Source: a virus (taxonomy: Duplodnaviria; Caudoviricetes). From it: 39,915 nt of DNA. Positions 27,101-36,011 of this stretch are shown here, piece after piece. Both the position numbers and the translations under genes were made by a program. Under the pieces are notes generated by a model. The model was not told the DNA's origin and searched no databases. It worked only from the letters and a program-made list of their open reading frames with translations. Within the stretch, counting starts at the first letter, position 1. The number at the start of each line of letters is the position of its first letter. Location: the IMG/VR virus record IMGVR_UViG_3300042516_001025, positions 1 to 39,915 of that record; one strand, given 5' to 3'.

Positions 27101-30100
27101 CAACGACTACATCTCCCGCATGGTGGTCCGCGAGGTTCGTCGCGCACTGTCTCAGTCTGCGAACGCTGTCGGCTGGTACGACGAGAAGGTCCGCAAGGCT
27201 CTCGCTGTCGTCAGCCTGATCCACCCTGAACTCGCCGACGACAAGATGGCGCAGTTCGCGTTCAAGTGGGCGCTTGCCGTCACCAGCAACGGTGCCAAGG
27301 TCACCGACAACTTCAAGGCGGCAGAGCGTGCGTATCGCTTCTACAAGGAGAACGGCAGGCTCCCGATTGATCAGGGTACCGGCACTCCTTCTGAGGCGAT
27401 CAACGAAGCGATGGAACTGTTCAACGACCTCGTCGCCAAGTATGGCATCGAGGATGTCGAGCGGTTCATGTCCACGAAGCACACGGTGCGCGAGATCAGG
27501 AAGTACACTGGGGTCAAGCCGGGTGGTGAGTACGTTGACACCATCCTGTACGGCGCTTCGGTTGTCGGTCCAAAGATCGGCAATGGGTTCTTCGCGAACC
27601 TGTACGGCAACTTTGAACAGTTGACGATGGACCGATGGTTCATGCGGACGATTGGCCGCCTGACCGGGACGCTGATCATTCCGAAGCCGGAGGTTGTTGC
27701 CAAGCGCCGGACGCAGTTGCGTCGCATTCTCGCGGTGATGAGCGACGAACAGCGTGCGGAACTGTTCTCGACCATTGGTGTCAAGGCACCCAAACTCAAG
27801 TTGGCCGACGCCGTCGAGGGCCAGCCGGCAGAGTTCGCCATGTCGAACGACATGACGGACAAGATTGCTGAGGCGATCAAGAAGCACGTCACCGACAAGG
27901 CGACTCGCAACGTCTTCAACACGTTGTTCCCGATCGGGGATGCGTCTGCTCTGCTGCCGATTCTTGGCAAGGCCAAGGAAGGGACCGTTCGCGAAGCCTA
28001 CGGCAACGAGATCCGCAAGATCGCCAATGGCCTGTGGACTGCGAAGGACGGGCAGAAGGAGATCCCGGACGGTCCTGCCGAGCGCAACCGCCTGCGTGCG
28101 ATCTTCGCAGATGCCCTCGACGAGTTGCGTCAGGATTACCCGGACCTGACGATGGCCGATCTTCAGGCTGTTATCTGGTATCCAGAGAAGCGCCTGTACG
28201 ACGCCAGCAAGACCAAGGAGAAGAGCGAGGGTCTTGAGTACGAAGACGGCGCACCGGATTACGAAACCGCAGCCATCGAACTTGCCAAGGGTCTTGGCGT
28301 GAGCGATACTGCTATCTCAGCAGCAACGAAGGGAATCGACGATGACATATCCGCAAAGCGAGCAGCAGGAGCAGGACGAGTATCTGGTGGAACAGATGCG
28401 GGCGCTGCGGTCCAAGTCCAGTCAGCCAGAGATGTCGGAGAGCGAATCACCGGAGACCGAGGAGGGGTCCGAGCGATTGGAGCAACTACGCCGCTTGAAG
28501 GTGCGCCGGTTGTCGCAGGCGCGACCGGACCAGATCCAAGGATCGTCGCAGTCGCCGAGCGTTACGCCCAAGCCAATGGCATAAACCTCCGCCGGCAGGC
28601 GTACTACGCCACGGTTGACGAGGATCGGGCGCAGCGCATCGCCGCTGCGTATGACGCGATGCCGCACGCTCCGACTGACCCGGCTGTCGTCGAGGCGTAC
28701 CAGAACCTGATCGACCAGACGCTCGCCCAGTACCGTGCGCTTGAGGAAGCCGGCTACCAGTTCTACTTCTACGACGAGACCACCGACCCCTACGACGGCA
28801 AGCCGTGGCGTGCGCTCCGAGACCTGCGTGCGAACCAGCGCATGGCTGTGTTCGCCACGGAGGCTGGATTCGGCACCGAGCCTCTCGATGTCAGCGACAA
28901 CCCGCTGCTGGCAGACACCGGCTTGCGCTGGGCGTATGGAACGCCAGACGGCCCCACGCGCCGCGTGCTGGCGAACGACCTGTTCCGCGCTGTGCATGAT
29001 GCGTTCGGCCACAGCATGGAGGGTGCCGGCTTCCGCGCAGACGGCGAGGAGAACGCATGGCAGGCGCATGTCCGCCTGTTCACCGGCAGCGCGGTTGCCG
29101 CGCTCACATCGGAGACTCGCGGACAGAACAGTTGGCTGAACTTCGGCCCATACGGTGAGCGCAACCGCACGGCTGCCGTGCAGGACACGGTGTTTGCGCC
29201 GCAGAAGAGTGGCCTCATGCCGGCGTTCACTTGGGAAGAAGGCCGTGTACCCGACATGCCGGAGCCGACCGGCCCCGGCGGTGGCGTGACTCCGCAGCCA
29301 TCGGTGGTGTCCGCCCGCCAGCCGTCGCGTGGCATCTTCGACGTACGAAACCCACCAGTGGAATCGAAATCGAAAAGGGGTGGTGGGGCCATCATGGCGG
29401 TGATGGATTCTGACGGCGTTGTGTATTACGACGTTGATGCCAACATGCACGGCGATGTCGTCGATTCGTTCCCCGGCATCGAGGACTACATCATCGACGG
29501 TGGGTTCATCAAGGACGGCAAGTACATCATGGGTACGTCCGATGGTGGATACTCCGCATACGAGGGCGTGCCTGAGCAGATTGCTCAGGTGCGCGAGTTC
29601 ACCAAGCGGGTGAACGATCCGTCGATTCTCTCCGCCCGCCAGCCGGCACGTCCGCTTGAATCATTCACTCCAGAGTTCCGGGCTTGGTTCGGCGACAGCA
29701 AGGTTGTGGACGAACAGGGCAGGCCGATGGTTGTGTACCACGCAACATCTAACGTCATCAACGAACGCAACGAAGTTCAGCGCATGGCGAGTTTCGGGTT
29801 TGGAACTGAGTTCCGAGAGTTCGACGAGTTCATTCCAATGTCGCACTTCGGAACTGCCAAGGCGGCACGCGATCGTGCGATTTCGCGTGGCCTTCTTTCC
29901 GTCGAACCATCTTGGAAACGCCCGTTTCATCATCCGGGATCGAGGACATACCCGGTCTACCTATCGATCAAGAATCCGCTACGAGTTACTGATGCAATGG
30001 CATCCGACGAAGCGTCGATGCTTGGCGCGTTGATTCAGTTGCAGCGTGAGCGAGGCGAATACATGGACATCGACATCGATGTCGCACGATCTGAGGGTGC

Positions 30101-33100
30101 ATATGAGGCCGTTCGACGCGCCGGATACGACGGTCTCGTCTATGAGAATCGAATCGAGGACAAGGGCAATGATAGTTGGGTCATCTTTGATCCCAATCAG
30201 GCCAAGTCCATCTTCAATGAACGCCCAACGCAAGACCCACGACTGTTGGCTGCCCGGGATCCCGGCCAGCGCCGTATCGACCTTGCGTATGGGATGGGCC
30301 GTCGATCCGGCCAGCAGGCTGGTGTAGCCCGTGGGCGACAGGAGTTGCTCCCCGGCCTGATGTCTGCCGAAGAGCAGGTCGAGCGGCTCCAGCGTGCCAG
30401 AGAGGAAGTTCGCGCTCGCCGCAAGGAGGATCGCCTGCGCGAGCGTGCGAAGCGCACCGCTCTCGCTGGCCGGATGCAGGCCCGCATCGGCAGGATCATG
30501 GCTGCCGTCGAGGCGATGCGCCAGAGCGCAGACGAGGACGCCGACACCCTTATGCGCCGTGCGCTGCGCGAGATGCTGCGCCGCGAGGCCGCCGGCAGCC
30601 GCACTGGGTACGAGTTCGCTCGCCGTGAACTGACTGCGTTGAAGAGAGAAGCAGCAGACGCCGTGCGCCTGTTGCCCGCGAACATGCGCGGCAAGTACCT
30701 GAATCGCATCGCGTCAGTCCGGTCTGCCGTTGGGGTTCTTCGCATCAGCGACGCCGTCGTGCGCGACCTTGCACGGTACGAGGCTCGATCGTCCTTCAAT
30801 CGGCTGCGTCGGTTGGAGCGTCGATATGCCAGCCCACAGACCGGCATGACCAACGAACTGCGCGACCAGATCCTGCCGATCGTTCGCGCTGGTATGGCAC
30901 TGCTGGGCGGCCAGCGCCTGATGCAGTACACCGACGTGAACGACATGAGCCAGCGCATCGCTGCTGCCAATCAGTTGGCCGCACAGGCGCGTGGGATGTA
31001 CGAGCAGGAGCGCGAGAACTGGCGTGCCGATCGCGAGATGCGCCGCGAGGGCTACGCCGACGCGGCAGAGGCTCTAGCCGGGAACATCAGCCAGATGCCT
31101 GAACTCCCTCCGTCGAGGCTGTGGAGCGAGGGGCGTACCGCCGGCATGGTCGGTGCGCTGGCAATCAAGAACAGCGACATCCACACGATCGCTGCGCTCA
31201 TTGACGGGGCGATCGACGGCCCGATCCACGACATGATCCACCGGCTGTCAGCCGGCAAGGATGCCATGTACAACGATCGCCGTCGCATTGACCAGCAGAT
31301 CGACGGTCTGCTTCGTCAGGCTGGGTTCACTGGCATCGACGACTACGTCCAGCGAGGTGCCGGATACGGCGGAACTGCCGCCGCTGATGTCATCGACGTG
31401 GTGCTTGGTGGCACCGCTCGCCGTATCACGATCGGTGAGGCCATGTCTCTTGCTGCGATGGACGACACCACGCTCGCGCTGCTGGCCGACGAGAACGATC
31501 CCGAGCAGCCCGGTAGCCCGATCACGTTCAGCCGTGACGGTGGCAAGTTGCCGATTCCCGTGACCCAGCAGGAAGTCTTGGCCCTGCGTGGCCGGCTGTC
31601 TCCCGGCCAGTTGGCGCTCATCGATGGACTCAAGGGTCTGATCGACACCGAGATTCGCGAGCGTTCGTTTGAGGTGGCGTACCGAATCAACGGTCGTATG
31701 CCCGAGGCTGTCCCGGGCTACTACCCGCGCCGCCGGCTCAGTGATGCAATTGCCGGAGACACGGTGGACGTGAACGCCAATCCCGGCAACGTCGTGATGA
31801 CGATGCTCGACAACGCCGGGTTCCTCCAGCGCCGCGTCGCTAGCACCAGCCCGCTGGTGGTTGACGACCTCGTCCGCACGATCGACGGCCACGTCGATGA
31901 GGGTCTCCGGCTGATCCACATGAGCGAGCCGCTGCGCCACAGCATCACCGTGCTGCGGTCCTCCGGCGTGAAGGATGCGATGGAATCCCGGTTCGGCAGC
32001 AATTTCAACGACCAGATGCGTAAGGTCGTGTTCAACGCCGTCGGGTTGAGCGGTCGCCCGACTGGTGACCTGATCGACCGTATCAACGGGAACATCAGCG
32101 GCGCTCTCCTGATGCTGAACCCGAAGACATGGTTCCGTCAGTTGGGCGGCATCTTCCGCCTCGCCAGCGAGTTCGATACTGGAGACTGGGCAGCCGGCAG
32201 CCGGCGTTCCATCGCCTTGGCTCCGTCGCAGCGTACCGCTATGATCGATCGGATCGAGGAGACCAGCGGGTACTTCTTCGACCGCCACCGCCGTTCGCAG
32301 GTCGGGTTGTTCGCAGGTGTCATCGGTGACCCCCGTCAGAACCGTGAACGCATCGCGTCGATGCTACGGTCTCTGGCTTCTAACCTGCGTTCGGCTGTGG
32401 ATGAGGCCACGCAGGGGAACATCCAGCGCATGTTGGCGGACCTCTCTGCTGGCCGCACGAATGCGCTCACGATCCTGCGGTCGGTTGACTTCGCCCTTCG
32501 CGGCATCGACCGTCAGGTCATGCTGGCCGCGTACATGACTGCGCGTCAGTCTCTGTCGAGAACCGACCCGTCAATGGCCGAGGACGAAGCGCACGCATCG
32601 GCGTGCGTGATGGCCGAGCAGGCGTTCCGCCGCACGCAGAACGTCAGCGATCCGCTGGACGACACGGTGTTTGCTGCCGAGCAGAAGTTCTCCAAGGGCT
32701 ATGGTCGCCTGCTGTTCCCGTTCTCCAGCGATCCGCTGAAGGGCTGGAATCAGGCTCGTCGCGCAACGCTGAATCCGCAGAACGCAGGACGCACCGCATT
32801 CGCCATCGGCGCGAACATGCTGTGGAGTGCAGCCGCGAACCCGTTGAGCCTTGGACTTGCGGCCATCGGAACCGGACTGGCTGCGAGCGAGGACGAGGAT
32901 GACGAACTGCTGAAGCGTGCGCTCATGGAGAAGCAGCGCGAGGGCGCGATGCGGCGCATCGCCAACGAACTGGTCGCGAGCGCCGGCGGTTACGCTGGCA
33001 TCATTGCCGGCGACATCTACACGGCGTACCGCGCCATGAGCGACGGCTACGCGCCAGACCAGACGATCCAGTTGATGCCGCTTCAGGTTGCGAACGAGGT

Positions 33101-33350
33101 CATCCGCAGCGCATCGATGGGTGACTACGGCGCAATGGCTGGCGATCTCGCGATGATGGCTGGAATCCCGGTCACGATGCCGATCGAGTCGATCGCTCGC
33201 GATGTCGAGAAGACCATCGCCACGCCGGACTCCATCCGCAAGATCCTGCTGGCTCGCAAGCAGTCGGTCGGCCTGACCCCCGCCGAGGAGCAGCGTCTGC
33301 GCGAGGTGCAAGCCGAGATCAGGGCGCTGAAAGCACTACAAACACAGTGA
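24108..33350 (+). CDS. Large polyvalent (injected) protein with zincin HExxH, glycosylase-like, HDxxGH and ADP-ribosyltransferase-like modules
   Basis: 3080 aa. HEITH at 25830-25844; GWYD...TSNG...GPKIG.FF.NL...TMDRW...LQAVIW; VHDAFGH; FRAWFGDSKVVD..G.PMVVYH...YPVYLSIKNPL...GYDG...FDPNQ.KS. Confidence 0.85.
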   Translation: MSQFSFFPQPDGTDPLADSLTQYRRSKKALGQRSPEDKRFMDLGRAFADMIGSVEPTNLLSIGGIAEEFGDVTKFIDRAKTINTRSDLEEELSSGILSPQEAELKQQQIDFLDKLVQRESEQQDVARDAEIAETGVVGMFGEGVKAGVTQGVISTLRGINNLTPFDGDAFWSGAQRESGKAIPEGSIAGNIGQAVGSGAYSAAAFAASPYVGIAAMGLQGYGGGIDEYEQAFAAGLTTGDYSKFEKVTAGLTSAAIEAVTERIGAGVAQKLAKTGVAQWFAQPGARAIVKTVGGMYGAEALEEGLVPILQAGVKATGITGMQVESWGDVFSQAATDALYGGFGGFGAAGVNIPVELSRRRETNRLLREAGSKYADPDYIREILPQRAAALDAMTPQERLAEEQRSQQALMQAGADLARSKEAVANSSAEVTQKRKELERSRRGKDQQRTQALENEVSTLEAALENARRVAATTAADYSASQLNYLSAASIASSARPTSQMSSADILASMNYQPASAATKQQKAAQAQIEKLGFKVQWYDGTDAKPAFFSGQTPDTVFLRADGNSTFAGIMGLAFHEITHWAQFSDSGLWAALRSTVDDKSMLEAAANYWSQQAGIDPVVRRSIAEIIAQSQGKAGSTEAVDQIEQRMAGTMAEVEGVAQLIQNGTEALFRGDAVPGWFNQMLIRAGVRGRSAMSALKLYRGLQEAAKNNKAYSPGKFGFTIEAAQRGLEVMRAAREAAMSQPQPAQPAPASTATPTPQPAPAPAAATPAAPAPAPAAGQPAPAPAPAPAPAPAPAPAPAQPAGQVDRDTALRDILNSGGLRVQPTARDIIGPVTPESEAAMTRAVSTLGPQGYRDAVAAIDLALAEVKREDEAAGRPYSFDGVSREEVLSLLNQTALADEGATLPDGKPVTVTPEQRELAKKVRRKVRRTVGDDVVLFARGKAVPSTIDAAAFIESALELANSQKWKNQKLFKAALQKMVKAVASKEGIDLTKDSERVNDYISRMVVREVRRALSQSANAVGWYDEKVRKALAVVSLIHPELADDKMAQFAFKWALAVTSNGAKVTDNFKAAERAYRFYKENGRLPIDQGTGTPSEAINEAMELFNDLVAKYGIEDVERFMSTKHTVREIRKYTGVKPGGEYVDTILYGASVVGPKIGNGFFANLYGNFEQLTMDRWFMRTIGRLTGTLIIPKPEVVAKRRTQLRRILAVMSDEQRAELFSTIGVKAPKLKLADAVEGQPAEFAMSNDMTDKIAEAIKKHVTDKATRNVFNTLFPIGDASALLPILGKAKEGTVREAYGNEIRKIANGLWTAKDGQKEIPDGPAERNRLRAIFADALDELRQDYPDLTMADLQAVIWYPEKRLYDASKTKEKSEGLEYEDGAPDYETAAIELAKGLGVSDTAISAATKGIDDDISAKRAAGAGRVSGGTDAGAAVQVQSARDVGERITGDRGGVRAIGATTPLEGAPVVAGATGPDPRIVAVAERYAQANGINLRRQAYYATVDEDRAQRIAAAYDAMPHAPTDPAVVEAYQNLIDQTLAQYRALEEAGYQFYFYDETTDPYDGKPWRALRDLRANQRMAVFATEAGFGTEPLDVSDNPLLADTGLRWAYGTPDGPTRRVLANDLFRAVHDAFGHSMEGAGFRADGEENAWQAHVRLFTGSAVAALTSETRGQNSWLNFGPYGERNRTAAVQDTVFAPQKSGLMPAFTWEEGRVPDMPEPTGPGGGVTPQPSVVSARQPSRGIFDVRNPPVESKSKRGGGAIMAVMDSDGVVYYDVDANMHGDVVDSFPGIEDYIIDGGFIKDGKYIMGTSDGGYSAYEGVPEQIAQVREFTKRVNDPSILSARQPARPLESFTPEFRAWFGDSKVVDEQGRPMVVYHATSNVINERNEVQRMASFGFGTEFREFDEFIPMSHFGTAKAARDRAISRGLLSVEPSWKRPFHHPGSRTYPVYLSIKNPLRVTDAMASDEASMLGALIQLQRERGEYMDIDIDVARSEGAYEAVRRAGYDGLVYENRIEDKGNDSWVIFDPNQAKSIFNERPTQDPRLLAARDPGQRRIDLAYGMGRRSGQQAGVARGRQELLPGLMSAEEQVERLQRAREEVRARRKEDRLRERAKRTALAGRMQARIGRIMAAVEAMRQSADEDADTLMRRALREMLRREAAGSRTGYEFARRELTALKREAADAVRLLPANMRGKYLNRIASVRSAVGVLRISDAVVRDLARYEARSSFNRLRRLERRYASPQTGMTNELRDQILPIVRAGMALLGGQRLMQYTDVNDMSQRIAAANQLAAQARGMYEQERENWRADREMRREGYADAAEALAGNISQMPELPPSRLWSEGRTAGMVGALAIKNSDIHTIAALIDGAIDGPIHDMIHRLSAGKDAMYNDRRRIDQQIDGLLRQAGFTGIDDYVQRGAGYGGTAAADVIDVVLGGTARRITIGEAMSLAAMDDTTLALLADENDPEQPGSPITFSRDGGKLPIPVTQQEVLALRGRLSPGQLALIDGLKGLIDTEIRERSFEVAYRINGRMPEAVPGYYPRRRLSDAIAGDTVDVNANPGNVVMTMLDNAGFLQRRVASTSPLVVDDLVRTIDGHVDEGLRLIHMSEPLRHSITVLRSSGVKDAMESRFGSNFNDQMRKVVFNAVGLSGRPTGDLIDRINGNISGALLMLNPKTWFRQLGGIFRLASEFDTGDWAAGSRRSIALAPSQRTAMIDRIEETSGYFFDRHRRSQVGLFAGVIGDPRQNRERIASMLRSLASNLRSAVDEATQGNIQRMLADLSAGRTNALTILRSVDFALRGIDRQVMLAAYMTARQSLSRTDPSMAEDEAHASACVMAEQAFRRTQNVSDPLDDTVFAAEQKFSKGYGRLLFPFSSDPLKGWNQARRATLNPQNAGRTAFAIGANMLWSAAANPLSLGLAAIGTGLAASEDEDDELLKRALMEKQREGAMRRIANELVASAGGYAGIIAGDIYTAYRAMSDGYAPDQTIQLMPLQVANEVIRSASMGDYGAMAGDLAMMAGIPVTMPIESIARDVEKTIATPDSIRKILLARKQSVGLTPAEEQRLREVQAEIRALKALQTQ
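28342..28584 (+). CDS. Overprinted +1-frame gene nested in the polyvalent protein gene
   Basis: AAGGGA upstream of the ATG; codon bias locally switches to this frame. Confidence 0.55.
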   Translation: MTYPQSEQQEQDEYLVEQMRALRSKSSQPEMSESESPETEEGSERLEQLRRLKVRRLSQARPDQIQGSSQSPSVTPKPMA

Positions 33351-33351
33351 C

Positions 33352-33380
33352 TTGACAGCATACTGTTCGTGCAGTACTGT
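33352..33380 (+). promoter_or_regulatory. sigma70-like rightward promoter
   Basis: TTGACA-17 nt-TACTGT, overlapped by direct repeat TACTGTTC(G/C)TGCA x2. Confidence 0.75.
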
Positions 33381-33427
33381 TCCTGCATCGGACCACATTG
33401 TGTGGTTCGTTCGCAGAACGGAGATCT

Positions 33428-33742
33428 ATGCCACGCAAGAAACGACCACGCCCTCCGCGTTCGGAGAGGTATCGCACTCTCACGATTCGCAAGAGTGACT
33501 ACGACACTCTCCAGACCATCCAAGCCAATACCGGATGGTCGATGCTCCTGATCCTTCACTTCATCATCGAGCATCACCGACAGAAACTTCCAACGTCACT
33601 GACCGACGTTGGCTACGTTCGACTTGGCAACACCGTCATCCGCATGGATGAGAACAACAACATCCTTTCAATCACTGAGGAACCGAAGAATGACGACAAC
33701 CCCGACAGCATCACCGTCACGAATCCTGCACGATATGAGTGA
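33428..33742 (+). CDS. Putative ribbon-helix-helix DNA-binding regulator
   Basis: YRTLTIRKSDYDTLQTIQANTGWSMLLILHFII fits a strand-helix-G-helix pattern; first gene after the promoter. Confidence 0.55.
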   Translation: MPRKKRPRPPRSERYRTLTIRKSDYDTLQTIQANTGWSMLLILHFIIEHHRQKLPTSLTDVGYVRLGNTVIRMDENNNILSITEEPKNDDNPDSITVTNPARYE

Positions 33743-34508
33743 GCGCGAGTACCACCAGACCGCTGGTGCCTCTGCCTCTCGCCTGAAGAGTTTGCTCACC
33801 AAGACCCCGGCGCACCTGCGTTGGGAACTGGACAACCCGCCTGCTGACACCGCTGCGTTCCGGGTCGGTCGCCTGCTGCACTGCATGGCGCTCACCCCCG
33901 ATCTTGTCCGTGCGAACTTCATGCCAGCGCCGGATGTTGATCGCCGTACGAAGGCCGGCAAGGAACTGTACGAGCAGGCTCTGTTGCAGGCCGGCAACCG
34001 CACCCTCATCAGCACCGAGGAGTGGGACCAGTGTGACAACATGGCGCAGGCTGTTCGCGCTACCGGCCTGTTGGAGAAGGGCCAGCCCGAGATCAGCCTC
34101 TTCTCCGAGATCAACGGCGTCAAGTCAAAGGCTCGATTCGACTGGTGGAACGAGGGCCAGATCATCGACGTGAAGACGACGGCCACCGTCGGCAGTCCGC
34201 GTGACTTCCAGCGCACGGTGTGGAACTTCGGCTACGGATTGCAGGCCGCGTGGTACACACGCATGGCGCGGGCTTGCGGCCTGAACCCGACTGGCTTCAC
34301 GTTCATCGTGGTCGAGAAGGACGAGCCGCACGTCACTGGGGTCTACGACCTCGACGAGGCTGTGATCCACCTGTTCGACAAGCAGATCGACGACCTGCTC
34401 GTCGAGTACAAGGCATCGCTGGCGGACGTTCCGCCGGCTGCAACATGGGGTCGGCACACCATCAAGGTGCCGACGTGGGCCATGGCGGCCCTTGAGGACG
34501 AAGTCTGA
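33690..34508 (+). CDS. RecE/exonuclease VIII-like PD-(D/E)XK nuclease (DUF3799-like)
   Basis: EYH...SASRLK, G.LLH, DRRTKAGK, KARFD, IIDVKT, YGLQAAWY, FIVVEK. Confidence 0.88.
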   Translation: MTTTPTASPSRILHDMSEREYHQTAGASASRLKSLLTKTPAHLRWELDNPPADTAAFRVGRLLHCMALTPDLVRANFMPAPDVDRRTKAGKELYEQALLQAGNRTLISTEEWDQCDNMAQAVRATGLLEKGQPEISLFSEINGVKSKARFDWWNEGQIIDVKTTATVGSPRDFQRTVWNFGYGLQAAWYTRMARACGLNPTGFTFIVVEKDEPHVTGVYDLDEAVIHLFDKQIDDLLVEYKASLADVPPAATWGRHTIKVPTWAMAALEDEV

Positions 34509-34526
34509 TACGAAAGGAACAAGCAC

Positions 34527-35333
34527 ATGAAGACATCTGAAACCATCGGCTCGCTCATCACCGCTCTTGCTGCCGCGCAGAAGAGCATCACCAACCCGGC
34601 GTTCGACAAGGTGAACCCGCACTTCAAGTCGAGGTACGCCACCTTGGCGGCTCACCTCGACGCGATCAGGTTGCCGTTCGCTGCGGAGGGGCTGTTCATC
34701 ATGCAGCCCATCTCCAGCGACCGCGACACGATCACCGTCACCACGCGCATCGCGCACAAGAGCGGCGAGTGGATCGAGGAGTCGGCTACGGAGCCGCGCC
34801 CGGAACGCTGCACGATCCAGCAGTTCGGATCGATCTGCTCGTACCTGCGTCGCTACACCTTGGCGAGCATGGTCTCGATCACTGGGGAGGACGACCTCGA
34901 CGGCGAGGAAGTCGTCGCACCGACCCGCCAGCAGGCACGGTACGAGCCGCACCCCAGCCAGTCTGCCCCGGCCCGCACGTTCCAGCCACGCGCCCCCGAG
35001 CGTGAGCCGGATCCGCACCCCAGTCAGACCCCTCCGGCACCCAAGCCGGCCCCGGCCCCGGCTCCTGCGCCCGCTGCGGCACCCGCTGCGGAGGCAGACC
35101 AGCATGGGGAGTGGATCTGGATTCAGGTCCGGTTCTGCGACGAGAAGCAGTCGCAGGGTAAGACGGCCAGCCCATACCTCGCCGTCAAGACCGCCGACGA
35201 CCAGCGCCTCACCTGCTGGGACACCGACCTGTTCGACGTGATCAAGGCTGCTCACCGCGACCGCTCGACCATCGGCGTCATCGTGGACACCAGCAGCAAG
35301 TTCCCGAAGATCGTCGAGGTCAAGCGTGGCTGA
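34527..35333 (+). CDS. erf: ERF-family ssDNA annealing protein
   Basis: NPHFKSRYATL, HKSGEWIE, GSICSYLRRYTL, EDDLDG; Pro/Ala linker and C-terminal domain. Confidence 0.88.
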   Translation: MKTSETIGSLITALAAAQKSITNPAFDKVNPHFKSRYATLAAHLDAIRLPFAAEGLFIMQPISSDRDTITVTTRIAHKSGEWIEESATEPRPERCTIQQFGSICSYLRRYTLASMVSITGEDDLDGEEVVAPTRQQARYEPHPSQSAPARTFQPRAPEREPDPHPSQTPPAPKPAPAPAPAPAAAPAAEADQHGEWIWIQVRFCDEKQSQGKTASPYLAVKTADDQRLTCWDTDLFDVIKAAHRDRSTIGVIVDTSSKFPKIVEVKRG

Positions 35334-35646
35334 CAACCTGTGGGATCTCTCCGAGGGAGAGCGCCGGCGCGATCGAGGGATCGCGCTGGCCTCGATCCCC
35401 CGGGCTGACCTGCTGGAGCGGGCTAGGGTCGCGGCGGTGGCCGTGGCCCAGTCCCGCTCAAGCCGGGAGGCCAGCATTGACGATGTCAAGAGGCGTATGG
35501 AGGACGACGGCATCGACCCATCGGCGCTGGAGAACGCGGCAGGATCCGTGTTCCGAGGCTCGATGTGGTCGGACACCGGCAAGCGCGTTCGGTCAGAGCG
35601 GACGGCGGCCAGAGCGCGGGAGATCCGCATCTGGAGGCTGGTGTGA
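35326..35646 (+). CDS. Hypothetical protein, possibly winged-helix DNA-binding
   Basis: NAAGSVFR...S.R..AR.R.IRIW pattern. Confidence 0.65.
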   Translation: MADNLWDLSEGERRRDRGIALASIPRADLLERARVAAVAVAQSRSSREASIDDVKRRMEDDGIDPSALENAAGSVFRGSMWSDTGKRVRSERTAARAREIRIWRLV

Positions 35647-36011
35647 GGAAAGCCCCGTGGTTCCCCATGTACACGCAGGACTTCGTGTCGGCAACGATGG
35701 CGATGAGCAGCGCGGAGGTTGGCTGCTACATCAGGCTGCTGTGCTTCCAGTGGTCGAACGGTGGAATCCCGGACGACTACGAGGCTGCGAAGCGGATCTG
35801 CGGAGACCTGACGCAGGCCATGTGGAAGGTGTTGCGTTGCCGGTTTGAAGATCACGACGGCCTGCTGGTCCATCCCCGGCTGGAGTCGGAACGTGTCAGG
35901 ATGGAGAGTGTTTCGACTCGACGCGCAGCCGCAGCGCGTAGAGTGAACGAGCAGAGGCGGCGAGTGGAAGACCCAGTTCAGCAACTCAAGCGAATCAGGA
36001 AAGACCAATGA
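35643..36011 (+). CDS. YdaU/DUF1376-like replication initiator, N-terminal domain only
   Basis: PWFPMY..DF...T..MS..EVGCYIRLLC.QW..G.IPDD...L.HPRLE.E. Confidence 0.8.
   Translation: MRKAPWFPMYTQDFVSATMAMSSAEVGCYIRLLCFQWSNGGIPDDYEAAKRICGDLTQAMWKVLRCRFEDHDGLLVHPRLESERVRMESVSTRRAAAARRVNEQRRRVEDPVQQLKRIRKDQ

Noticed and set aside
33721-33732. GAATCCTGCACG, matching half of the repeated palindrome
   Set aside because: Half-site only, inside overlapping coding sequence and with no partner hairpin; probably chance.
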